Shown piece by piece: positions 11,615 through 20,342 of a stretch of DNA of 51,587 nucleotides (positions are counted from its first letter, which is position 1; every line of letters starts with the position of its first letter). The DNA lies in NCBI GenBank assembly GCA_902495085.1, contig CABUWA010000001.1, forward strand, positions 1 through 51,587, written 5' to 3'. Below the pieces are notes generated by a model, which saw only the letters and a program-made list of their open reading frames with translations, did no database searches and had not been told where the DNA came from. The stretch is from an uncultured Collinsella sp. (lineage in GTDB: Bacteria > Actinomycetota > Coriobacteriia > Coriobacteriales > Coriobacteriaceae). A program made the translations under genes and the position numbers.

Positions 11615-12718
11615 CTACTCCTCAATCATGCTCTTGAGCTGCGCTAGGGACTTCTCCCTCTCCGCACCCATCACGTCGTTGACCCGACCAAAGTCAATCT
11701 GCTTGGATGCTAACTCGACATCATCTAGATTCTGAAGCACTCTGTCCGTGAGGTCCGTGAGTCGCAGAATACTCACGTTCCTGCTCGAGGTTCCGTTCTT
11801 GGGCAGCACTTCTACCAGCGGCGTATTGAGATTTATGGCAAAAGCCGTACCGTGGAACGAGTCCGTGACTAGGCATGCTGCGTTGTCGACATACGAGAGA
11901 AACTCAGCAAGCGTCGGCAGCCACTTGAACTTGCCCTCGCGTGAGGCCTGGTGCAGGCTTGCGGAGATCCGTATCAGGGGCAAGCCAAGCTTTTTGGCAA
12001 CCTTCACGGCGTACTGCCCCACCGTCGGGTCGCTGTGAATCTGGTAGACGAGGATGTATTCGCCCTTCGGGGCAGGTGCCGCCATCCTTCTCCACGCCTC
12101 GCCATCAAGCAGCAGCGTGGGATCGACAACCTGTCCGGCCTCTATGCCCCACGAGGCAAGCTGCTCGCGCGCGGCATCCTCGCGTACGAACACGGCCTCA
12201 TATGCTCGAAGGTCCTCGAGAAACCTGGGGCGCACGCTATCCGGGATATTCTTCTTACCAAAGCTTGCCGCATATGAGATGCGCCTTGCGCCCTCGGGAG
12301 CAAACTCAAGCGCGTATGACAGGTCGTATGCGCCCGAGCTGATGGGACCCCACACCTGATCGCTTCCAGTCATATAGACATCGGCCTTGGGCGGATTAGC
12401 CTTCAGCTCCTCCAGGGATGCATAGTGAGGGCTCATCTTAAGCAGCTGGGAACGCTCACGCGCAAACCGCTTGCCCGCCACCCTTGTCTCAGGCTCCATC
12501 AGAAGTCTGTAGACAGACTTCTTCAACGGGTTCCCGTTCCAGGACGGCTTTGTCGAAAGAAGCGTCCTCACCTGCTGGGATACGTCCTCACAAGCAGGTA
12601 CATAGTCCATAATCTCGAACTCATGCCCCAAGCTCTCTACCGCTCGTTGTGTCGCATATGCCTGGAGCAGGGAGCCATAATTAGAGATTGCGTGCCTGGT
12701 TATGCAGGATACTTTCAC
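11615..12718 (-). CDS. Polysaccharide pyruvyl transferase family protein, copy 2
   Basis: NYGSLLQ, TGSDQVW, YAASFG, VRE, DPTLL and TDSFHG motifs. GTG start follows GGAGG. Confidence 0.9.
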   Translation of the reverse strand: MKVSCITRHAISNYGSLLQAYATQRAVESLGHEFEIMDYVPACEDVSQQVRTLLSTKPSWNGNPLKKSVYRLLMEPETRVAGKRFARERSQLLKMSPHYASLEELKANPPKADVYMTGSDQVWGPISSGAYDLSYALEFAPEGARRISYAASFGKKNIPDSVRPRFLEDLRAYEAVFVREDAAREQLASWGIEAGQVVDPTLLLDGEAWRRMAAPAPKGEYILVYQIHSDPTVGQYAVKVAKKLGLPLIRISASLHQASREGKFKWLPTLAEFLSYVDNAACLVTDSFHGTAFAINLNTPLVEVLPKNGTSSRNVSILRLTDLTDRVLQNLDDVELASKQIDFGRVNDVMGAEREKSLAQLKSMIEE

Positions 12719-12790
12719 GTGTTTCCTCCGATTGATATCGAGCAACCGCTATTTCTGAATTTTTGCATTCGATTTTTCCACCCGGCTGCA

Positions 12791-13927
12791 CTACAGCGCC
12801 TCCTCAGTCTCGTACACGTGCGCGTCGGCTCGGCTTGCGTCGGAAAGGCCGTCGTTGATCGCGGCGTGCATGTCGCAGGTGGAAAGAGCGTCCAGCTCCT
12901 CCTTCGTCACCTTGCCCGACTCGTAGTCGCGCACGATGGGGAGCTCGTGCATGTCGAACTTCTTGCCGGGCTTGAGCTTGTGCGCCAGCACCCACGACGC
13001 GGGTTTCCAGATGTACTTGTGCATGGCAGGAGACACGGAGCCGATCATCCAGCAGTTGCGGTCGCAGTGGCGCACGCAGCCGCGCACTTTCTCGGCCTGG
13101 GCGCTCTCCCACAGCTCATCCCAAGACTCGTCGTTAAGGTTGCCCATAACGAGCTTCTCCTTGGTGCCGTTGCAGGGCATGACGTCGCCGTAGGGGTCGA
13201 TGAAGAACGTGTCGAACGCCATATCGCACGGGAGCAGGCGCTTCTGCCCATAGATGTAGTTGATGAGGCCCATGTTGAAGTACGCGCGGAACCACTTCTT
13301 GGGCTCGTTGGACTTGAGGAGCTCGTTTACCAGGTCCTCGAAGTTCTGGGCCACCATGGGACGGTCCTTGATGATGTTCTTCGCCTCGACAAAGTAGAAG
13401 CTGTTGTGCAGGCTGGCGGTGGCGAACTCCATGCCGAGCTCGTCGGAAAGCTTGTACAGCGGCACCAAGTCCGCAGCGTTGCGATCCTGCACCGTCATGC
13501 CAAAGCCCACGTCCGGGTGCTTCATTTCCACGAGCTTCTTGAGCGTCTCGTAGCCGCGGTTGAAGCCGTTCTGGAGACCGCGGATCTCATCGTTGGTCTG
13601 CTGCAGACCCTCGATGGAGATGCGGATTCCCACCTGGGGGAATTCCTCGGCAAGGGCGATGATGCGGTCGGTGAAGAAGCCGTTGGTGGAGATGACGATG
13701 CGGTCGGACTTCTTGTACAGCTCGCGCACGATATCCGCAAGGTCGGTCCTGATGAAGGGCTCGCCACCGGTGATGTTGGTGAAGTACATGCGCGGGAGCT
13801 TCTTGATCACGTCGAGGGAGAGCTCCTCCTCCGGACGGCTGGGAGCCTTGTAGCGGTTGCACATGGTGCAGCGCGCGTTGCAGCGGTACGTTACGATTAC
13901 GGTTCCGTTGAGTTTCTTCTCGGCCAT
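12791..13927 (-). CDS. Radical SAM protein with SPASM/twitch domain
   Basis: CNARCTMC (CxxxCxxC), ITGGEPF and ISTNG motifs, with C-terminal PC...IDPYGDVMPC...C..C...C. Confidence 0.92.
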   Translation of the reverse strand: MAEKKLNGTVIVTYRCNARCTMCNRYKAPSRPEEELSLDVIKKLPRMYFTNITGGEPFIRTDLADIVRELYKKSDRIVISTNGFFTDRIIALAEEFPQVGIRISIEGLQQTNDEIRGLQNGFNRGYETLKKLVEMKHPDVGFGMTVQDRNAADLVPLYKLSDELGMEFATASLHNSFYFVEAKNIIKDRPMVAQNFEDLVNELLKSNEPKKWFRAYFNMGLINYIYGQKRLLPCDMAFDTFFIDPYGDVMPCNGTKEKLVMGNLNDESWDELWESAQAEKVRGCVRHCDRNCWMIGSVSPAMHKYIWKPASWVLAHKLKPGKKFDMHELPIVRDYESGKVTKEELDALSTCDMHAAINDGLSDASRADAHVYETEEAL

Positions 13928-13930
13928 GGG

Positions 13931-15214
13931 TTAGGCCACCACCTTCCGGTCAATTAGTTCTTGATACAGGGAGACGAGATTCCGGATGTATTCCTCTTGA
14001 TTACAGTTCTCTGCCACGAATGAACGGCAATGCGCGCTCATCGCGGCGTAAGCCGCAGGATCGGCGGCCACCGCCGCACCCCTACGGATTGCATCTGCGA
14101 GTCCTGCCTCATCGTGGGCTTCAGCCAGGAAGCCCGTTTCACCCTCACGTACCAGCTCGGGTATTCCGCCCATGTTCGTACCGATAACGGGCTTGCCCGC
14201 GGCGAGTGCCTCGAGAACCGCATATGGCGCGTTCTCGAGCCACTCTGACGGCGCAGCCGCCAGAGTGGCTCGATTCACAAGTCCGCGCAGGGCGTCACCG
14301 GTTTTATATCCAACCAGCTCAATCCTCGAGCTTATTTCGTTTGGCATTGCGGAAACTTTGACCTTCACAGCATCACATTCAGGGCCATCGCCTGCAATAA
14401 CAAGACGCCAATCAGGGATCACCGGTGCCGCCTTCTCAAAAGCATGCACGAGCGTTAACACGCCTTTCTCGCGAGAAAGGCGTCCCAGATACAGCATGTA
14501 GGGATCTTCATTATTTTGGTTGGCAACTTCCCGTGACATCGAATCGGGATTCAGGAAATTCCGCATGAGGACAAGCTGACGCTCGGGAAGCCCCGCTTCA
14601 ATAAACTTGTTCCGCATGAACTCACTCGGGCAGATGATGCGATCGAGACGTGAATAGGTTTTGTGCCGTTTAAGCCACTCCGCCTCAGCCACCGCTAACG
14701 CGCTTTTTGCGATCGAACCCTTTACGCACTTCTTCTTAAGGCAATTGCCAAAATGACCCCCGAGACACGAATCGCAAACGTTGCCCTCGGAATCAAGCAT
14801 AAGATAGCTCGGGCAAGCAAGAATCAAGTCGTGCGAGGTATACACAACCGGCGTTGGATGCTGCTTTAGCCAAGGAGCGTCCAAGATGGAAAACGTAATC
14901 TGCCTATGAGTGAGATTGAGATGGATTACATCGGGCTGGAATTCACGGCACAGCGCATCGAACTTCTCGCGCGCCTCTTTGGAATACACAAGTGCCTGCG
15001 CGGCCTTCGCCTTATCGACAATAGAGCTCGGTCCGTTATAGTCGCGATTCGTTACAAAGTAACGCGACCACTCAGTCGGCTCATTACGCTCATCCTCCAT
15101 GCTGAAGAAGGCAACTTCATGCCCAAGAGCGCGAAGACCATCGGCAAGAGCAAAGTAGTACGTCTCGCTTCCACCCTTGCGCCAATGAAACTTATTTACA
15201 AGAAGGATCTTCAT
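13931..15214 (-). CDS. Glycosyltransferase family 4
   Basis: MKILLVNKF...GGSE, YLGRLSREKG, PSEWLENAPYAVLEA and GGIPELV motifs. Confidence 0.92.
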   Translation of the reverse strand: MKILLVNKFHWRKGGSETYYFALADGLRALGHEVAFFSMEDERNEPTEWSRYFVTNRDYNGPSSIVDKAKAAQALVYSKEAREKFDALCREFQPDVIHLNLTHRQITFSILDAPWLKQHPTPVVYTSHDLILACPSYLMLDSEGNVCDSCLGGHFGNCLKKKCVKGSIAKSALAVAEAEWLKRHKTYSRLDRIICPSEFMRNKFIEAGLPERQLVLMRNFLNPDSMSREVANQNNEDPYMLYLGRLSREKGVLTLVHAFEKAAPVIPDWRLVIAGDGPECDAVKVKVSAMPNEISSRIELVGYKTGDALRGLVNRATLAAAPSEWLENAPYAVLEALAAGKPVIGTNMGGIPELVREGETGFLAEAHDEAGLADAIRRGAAVAADPAAYAAMSAHCRSFVAENCNQEEYIRNLVSLYQELIDRKVVA

Positions 15215-16317
15215 TACGCAACACCCTCATACAAAGCAAGCGTCCTTTGGACGACGCTGTTCCAGTCATAGCCATTAATCGCGCGGTCACGTGCCATGGC
15301 GCCCAGCCTCTCCGCTTGGGCAGAATCCGCTATCAGGCCTTCAAGCACGTCGCGCAGCGCCCCCGCGTCTCCGTGTGGGAACGTGAGCCCGCAACCCTGC
15401 AGAACATCCGCGCACTCGGGAATATCCGAGGTAACGCATGCCGCACCGTGAGACATGGCCTCCAGCAAGCTCATGGGCAGGCCCTCAACGTCGGAGGGGA
15501 GCGCGTAGCAATACGCGTTGGAGTACAGCTCGGAGAGCAGGTTGCCCTCAACGTGGCCGGTAAAGAGCGCGCGGGGGTCGGACGCGGCAGCCTCTTTGAG
15601 CGCCACGGCGTAGTCGTCCGTATCGGAGGAGTCGCCCGCGATAACCAGGCGCTTATCCGTCTTTACCTGCTTGTACGCCTCCACCAACAGTTCCGGTCGC
15701 TTCTCGGGCACAATGCGACCGAGGTAGAGGACATAGGAGCCCTGGGTGAGCCCCAAGCGCTCGGAGATCTCCTTCGCGGGAAGATCCGCCTCGGGAGTGA
15801 TGCCGTTGGGAATGAGCGTAGCCTCGCGGCCGTAAGCCTCCTTGAAGTACTCCTGATTGCCCCGGGAAAGCACGATGAGCGCATCCGCGCACTTGGCCGC
15901 CGTCGCCTCGCCGAACTTGATGTACTTGGAAGCCAAGCCGCCCCATTTTGCACGCTGCCAGTCCAGGCCGTGGATCGTTGCCACGGTCCTGATGTCCGCG
16001 GAACGCGCAAAACGAAGGGGGACGCACGGCCCCTCTGCGTGATAGTGAATTACGTCTGCCCCGTCTTTGATGGCGGCCCTTGTTGCGGCAAAGCTGCTCG
16101 TGAGCGCAGAGAGCCCCTTGATGTCCAGAGCCTTTACGGGAACGATGCGGTAGCCATCCTTCTCGTAGGGCTCGGAAGGAGCTCCTTCGCCCATACGGTC
16201 GTAGCAGGTTACTTGGTGACCAAGGTCTGCCATACGGCGAGCAAGCTCGCCTACCACCACTTCTACGCCGCCCTCGCGCGAACCCGTTCTCTTTTGGCCT
16301 ATCATGGCGATGCGCAT
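15214..16317 (-). CDS. Glycosyltransferase family 4
   Basis: MRIAMIG...GGVE, TIHGLDW, YLGRIVPEK and PSDVEGLPMSLLEAM motifs. Confidence 0.92.
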   Translation of the reverse strand: MRIAMIGQKRTGSREGGVEVVVGELARRMADLGHQVTCYDRMGEGAPSEPYEKDGYRIVPVKALDIKGLSALTSSFAATRAAIKDGADVIHYHAEGPCVPLRFARSADIRTVATIHGLDWQRAKWGGLASKYIKFGEATAAKCADALIVLSRGNQEYFKEAYGREATLIPNGITPEADLPAKEISERLGLTQGSYVLYLGRIVPEKRPELLVEAYKQVKTDKRLVIAGDSSDTDDYAVALKEAAASDPRALFTGHVEGNLLSELYSNAYCYALPSDVEGLPMSLLEAMSHGAACVTSDIPECADVLQGCGLTFPHGDAGALRDVLEGLIADSAQAERLGAMARDRAINGYDWNSVVQRTLALYEGVA

Positions 16318-16318
16318 G

Positions 16319-17077
16319 CTACACGGCACCTTCCCCAGAGAACATCGTCTTCAGCGTGCCGAATATCAACCGCAGGTCCTGGCGCAGGCTGCGATTCTCT
16401 ATATAGTGAAGATCCAGCTCAACCATTTCGTTGAAGCCCAGGTGGCTGCGGCCCATTACCTGCCAAGGACCGCTGCAGCCGGGTTTTACCGCCAGGCGCT
16501 TCATGTCGTGCTCGCTGTACAGGGCAACCTCGCGCGGCAGGCCGGGGCGCGGGCCAATGAGGTTCATTTGGCCCAAGAACACGTTGATGAGCTGGGGCAG
16601 CTCGTCGATGCTGTGCTTGCGAATGAAGTTACCCACACCGGGAATAATGCGCGGGTCGTGCTTCATTTTAAACATGGGGCCAGTGGCCTCGTTTTGGGCC
16701 TGCAAGTCCTTGAGCATTTGGTCTGCGTTGGGAACCATGCTGCGGAACTTGTAGATCTTAAACAGGTAGAACGTGCCGTCTTTGCGCACGCGGCCCACGC
16801 GCCACTGTGAATATAGGGGGCTGGCGCCCGGGCTCTTTATGCAAATGACCACGCTCAGAATTACCCCGGGAATAAAGAGCAACACCAGGGCTCCGCCGGC
16901 GGCGACAATGTCCACCGTACGCTTAACAACGCGGTAGAGCCTGTGCCCAAGCTCGGGCTTCACGCCGGAGTTGGCACCGCGCAGCATCTTGTACGCTTCT
17001 TCGTTTGTAAGGTAATCCCCCGCAGCACCGGCTGAGGCCGTGCGCGTCTCCCGCGCGCCCTGTTCCATGGTCATCAT
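16319..17077 (-). CDS. Priming sugar transferase (undecaprenyl-phosphate glycosylphosphotransferase)
   Basis: KRTVDI, YKFRSM, DPRI, RKHSIDELPQLINV, GPRP and KPG..G.WQ motifs. The start is placed at ATG 17077, after GGAG, to avoid overlapping loaP. Confidence 0.92.
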   Translation of the reverse strand: MMTMEQGARETRTASAGAAGDYLTNEEAYKMLRGANSGVKPELGHRLYRVVKRTVDIVAAGGALVLLFIPGVILSVVICIKSPGASPLYSQWRVGRVRKDGTFYLFKIYKFRSMVPNADQMLKDLQAQNEATGPMFKMKHDPRIIPGVGNFIRKHSIDELPQLINVFLGQMNLIGPRPGLPREVALYSEHDMKRLAVKPGCSGPWQVMGRSHLGFNEMVELDLHYIENRSLRQDLRLIFGTLKTMFSGEGAV

Positions 17078-17142
17078 CGTAGGCTCCGAGAGCCCCTCCC
17101 CCGATACTTTTTGCCTTCGGTCGTCCGCTTGCGAGCTTGCAG

Positions 17143-17688
17143 CTAGGCGATCGCTCTTCTGTGATTGCGCATAACGCGCTGCTCTTTTGAAAGCACCGCA
17201 AGGCCAACGCGGGTGGTTACGCGTCGGCCGCACAAGTCGAACTCCAAAAAGGCAGTGCTCTTGCGTCTGTTAATGGTTTTTATTAGGCCTTCGTGGCCCA
17301 GCAGCGGACCAGCCGTCACTACAACCTGGTCGCCGTCCTTTAAGGCCTCGCTCATGGGCACTACCCTGTCTCCCTTATGGGTAAAGCTGCCAATGAGCTG
17401 GGTCTCTTCTTTTGCCAGCGGCACAAACTGACCGTCCTGGGAAAGCACCCGGGCAAAGTCGTCCATGCGCAGCAGATACTGTTGCACGGTGCGGGGATCT
17501 GCCGTATCGCAGATAAGATAACCGGGAAAGAGCGGCTTGGTTGTTTTGACCCATTCGCCGTGTACTTTAATCTCGGTTTGAAATTGGGGATAAAAGAGCT
17601 CCTGCATGGCACCAGCCGGCACCATACGCTCGATGCGCTCGCGCATTACGTCTTCGCGACCGTTAATGACTTGGATCACATACCACAC
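17143..17688 (-). CDS. loaP: NusG-paralog transcription antiterminator, LoaP-like
   Basis: (M)WYVIQV..GRE and PLFPGY (NGN domain), then GDQVVVTAGPLLGHEGLI..INRRK (KOW). It is the first gene of the polysaccharide operon. The start may be GTG 17688 or 17697. Confidence 0.85.
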   Translation of the reverse strand: MWYVIQVINGREDVMRERIERMVPAGAMQELFYPQFQTEIKVHGEWVKTTKPLFPGYLICDTADPRTVQQYLLRMDDFARVLSQDGQFVPLAKEETQLIGSFTHKGDRVVPMSEALKDGDQVVVTAGPLLGHEGLIKTINRRKSTAFLEFDLCGRRVTTRVGLAVLSKEQRVMRNHRRAIA

Positions 17689-18153
17689 GAGCACCACCCC
17701 CTTGCTGTCTTACGTGTGGCTCACGGCGTTTGGGTATGGCTTCGCCAGGGCGCTTGTGCGCGAAGGCGCTCCATATTCAAACCCCGAGCCCAGTTAGACA
17801 AGCACGTGGCTCTGCCCCACCGTGAACGGTATGTAAAAGCGCAGTTGCTGGAGACGCGGACGTGTATTGTAAAATGACCGCATCCCCAGCTGGCTGCGTG
17901 CGAACCAGTCAAGCGGGTACAAAACTGGACCGCACGCAAACAGCTGTAGGACTGCTGCGAATTGTCATGATATATAAATTCGAAAGAACTGCTTGCACAT
18001 AGACAAGAACAAAGTCATTCGACGTGATACGCTTGACGACGCTATTGGAGCTCGTGGTTTTTCTGGCACCGCCGTTACGGCCGGATGCTGATCTGCCCTG
18101 TGCTTCGCGACCGGTTAAGCCGTGAGCGCAGTTGAACCCATGTAACGATAGAT

Positions 18154-18164
18154 ATTCTAGCACA
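18154..18164 (-). promoter_or_regulatory. Candidate extended -10 promoter (TGTG-C-TAGAAT) for the loaP operon
   Basis: The minus strand reads TGTGCTAGAAT about 465 nt upstream of loaP, with no clear -35. It overlaps a TTCTAGC/GCTAGAA inverted repeat (18155-18176). Confidence 0.35.
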
Positions 18165-18442
18165 AGCCGGCTAGAAACCGATTTAGGCCGCGCGCGGCAA
18201 CATATCATTCATTTGCAGTGCTTAAGGGGGTTATTTTGCAAACTTGTTCACATTGACGCAGGTTTATGCGGGTGTGGTTGTTGGCACGCACCGCCCGAGC
18301 TACAACGTTAACGGCGGGAAATGCAAAAAGGAATTACGTCGGGTTAACAAACTATGTACAGAAGTGGGAAGTAAATTGCGCAACTTTTTGCGGTATGGGT
18401 GCTGATGTGGCGTCGCTTTGGTTTGCGCAGTGGCTTCATATG

Positions 18443-18469
18443 AAAAAAGCCTCCGGATTCCCAGAGGCT
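18443..18469 (-). terminator. Intrinsic terminator after tRNA-Ala
   Basis: AGCCTCTGG-GAAT-CCGGAGGCT followed by a T run on the minus strand. Confidence 0.85.
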
Positions 18470-18481
18470 CTGCATTCACGA

Positions 18482-18557
18482 TGGTGGAGACGAGGGGGAT
18501 CGAACCCCTGACCTCTTGACTGCCAGTCAAGCGCTCTCCCAGCTGAACTACGCCCCC
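18482..18557 (-). tRNA. tRNA-Ala (anticodon GGC)
   Basis: 76-nt cloverleaf GGGGGCGTAGTTCAGCTGGGAGAGCG CTTGA-CTGGCAG-TCAAG ... GGTTCGATCC ... CTCCACCA, with the G3-U70 Ala identity pair and an encoded CCA. Confidence 0.97.
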
Positions 18558-18570
18558 GTGATTAGGGATT

Positions 18571-18599
18571 ACTATAGGGGAAGATCTTCGGGGATGCAA
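18571..18599 (-). promoter_or_regulatory. Sigma70-type promoter of tRNA-Ala
   Basis: TTGCAT-N17-TATAGT ending 13 nt upstream of the tRNA. Confidence 0.75.
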
Positions 18600-18655
18600 G
18601 GGGGAATTTTGGATTGATTATCCGCCGTCCCGATAAAACCCTGATGTTATGGCCC

Positions 18656-19297
18656 TTACTTGTAGAGGTAAGCGATGGCGGTGCCGGTGTGGACTTGGAT
18701 CTTGACCGTTTTCCTGACGACATTAGAGATGCCCGTGTCGGCTAACAGACCCAGGGGGCTGTGGTCTAGTTCCCACTCTAGGCCGTGTTCGCTTACCTCG
18801 GTGTTGGGGGCTATAGCGATGATAGAAAACGTCTTGCCTTCGGCGCCTTCGATGGTCCACGACTCACCCGCGTGAAGGAAGCGAGCGACCACCTTGTCCT
18901 CGGCGATCCAGACAGGGGCGTCCTCGTAGCCCGCGAGCAGCCCCAGTACGGAAAGCGCCATGTCGGGACGGCCGCCGGTGGCGCAGGTCGCAACCACTTC
19001 GGCATCCGGCCAGCGACGGCTGACGGAATCGAGCGCCAGCGCCAGATCGGTATAGTCCTTGTAGGGGTTATGGCGCTCTACCTCAAAGGCTTCGGCGGCA
19101 TCGACCAACGCGCGGCCGGTGTCACTCACCGTGTCGGCATCTCCCACATATACGTCGCAGCCCAGTCCCACGCCCAGCAGCGCGTCGAGCCCGCGGTCCA
19201 CGGCGACAACGTGGTCGCACTCCCCCGCCAGCTGACGTAGCAGATCCGCGCTCGCCACCACGGGCGAGCCGCAGACCACTAATACCTTGCAAGCCAC
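18656..19297 (-). CDS. thiN: Thiamine diphosphokinase
   Basis: VAVDRG, VGDAD, KDYTD, TGGRPD, GLEWEL and GISN motifs. Confidence 0.88.
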   Translation of the reverse strand: MACKVLVVCGSPVVASADLLRQLAGECDHVVAVDRGLDALLGVGLGCDVYVGDADTVSDTGRALVDAAEAFEVERHNPYKDYTDLALALDSVSRRWPDAEVVATCATGGRPDMALSVLGLLAGYEDAPVWIAEDKVVARFLHAGESWTIEGAEGKTFSIIAIAPNTEVSEHGLEWELDHSPLGLLADTGISNVVRKTVKIQVHTGTAIAYLYK

Positions 19298-19306
19298 AGC
19301 CCTCGC

Positions 19307-19996
19307 CTATCCCTCAAACGAAAGCACGCGGGCCAGATCCAGGTCCTCATAGCTATCGATAAAGATCTCACAGTTGGCACGCACCTCTTCGCGCTCCATG
19401 CGGCCGTGCGGGTCATAGATGCCCACGCGCTTAAAGCCGGCGGTGCCAGAGCTCTTAAGGCCAAAGACGGCGTCCTCAAACACCCACGCACGCTCAAACT
19501 TGCGCCCGTGCCGCTCCTCCAGACGGCGCAACGCCAGCTCGTACACGTCAGGGAACTGCTTGGAGCGCCCGGCCTCACCCGTGGTGGTCACAAACTCCAT
19601 GTAGGCATTAAGCCCGGCGCCCGCAAGCGCAGACGTAACCAGCTCGGCCGGAGTGGACGTGGCCACGCACATGGCAATACCGGCCTCCTGTGCCTGCTCC
19701 AGAAATGCAATCAGGCCCTCGCGCGGCGGCACCTTGGAGTAGCCATCAATCAGGATGTCGCTCAGCTCGCGGTAGAGCTCCACGCCATTTTCGCCAATGC
19801 CCCAGGTGTCGTGATAGGCCTGGCACTCGTCCTCGAGCGACAGGTGCTCAAACTGGGCAAAATCGTCGACCGTCACGTCAACCCCGTGGCGGTGCAATAA
19901 CTCGGGCTGGGCATAGGCCCAAACGGGGGTGCTATTAACCAGTGTGCCATCGCAATCGAAAATAAAAGCAACACTTGAGGCGGCGATGTGGTCCAT
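19307..19996 (-). CDS. HAD-superfamily phosphatase
   Basis: FDCDGTLV (motif I), VATS, K.FPDVY and VFEDA motifs. Confidence 0.88.
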   Translation of the reverse strand: MDHIAASSVAFIFDCDGTLVNSTPVWAYAQPELLHRHGVDVTVDDFAQFEHLSLEDECQAYHDTWGIGENGVELYRELSDILIDGYSKVPPREGLIAFLEQAQEAGIAMCVATSTPAELVTSALAGAGLNAYMEFVTTTGEAGRSKQFPDVYELALRRLEERHGRKFERAWVFEDAVFGLKSSGTAGFKRVGIYDPHGRMEREEVRANCEIFIDSYEDLDLARVLSFEG

Positions 19997-20032
19997 AAAC
20001 GAGCCTTTCGATGTCAAAGAGTAAACAACCTG

Positions 20033-20106
20033 CTAAAAACGTTTTACCAAACGTCAACCTAACTATCTAGAAACCCTAATTGGTAAAACTGTCAAGAGTT
20101 TTACCA
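20033..20106. promoter_or_regulatory. Candidate transcription-factor operator(s) in the divergent HAD/glgB intergenic region
   Basis: AAAACGTTTTACCA at about 20036-20049, and a perfect 10-bp inverted repeat TGGTAAAACT-N6-AGTTTTACCA at 20081-20106. Confidence 0.5.
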
Positions 20107-20342
20107 TCGCAATTCTGCCAGTGGCATAAACATGGCGCTTACCGATTAAACGCCACCGCAAAAACACTTTCGTTCATATAAGTAACGAACAGGTGTTATC
20201 GTAGTTTTTGCCGAAAGTTCCACCGAGCACGCGAGGTGGAACGAATCACAGAAACTTCGCCGTCCCTTCGATTCGTGCAGCCTTGGACCTTTCGCATCTA
20301 GTCACCAAGGCAACACGCTGCCGCGTCATGATGGGATCAAAC

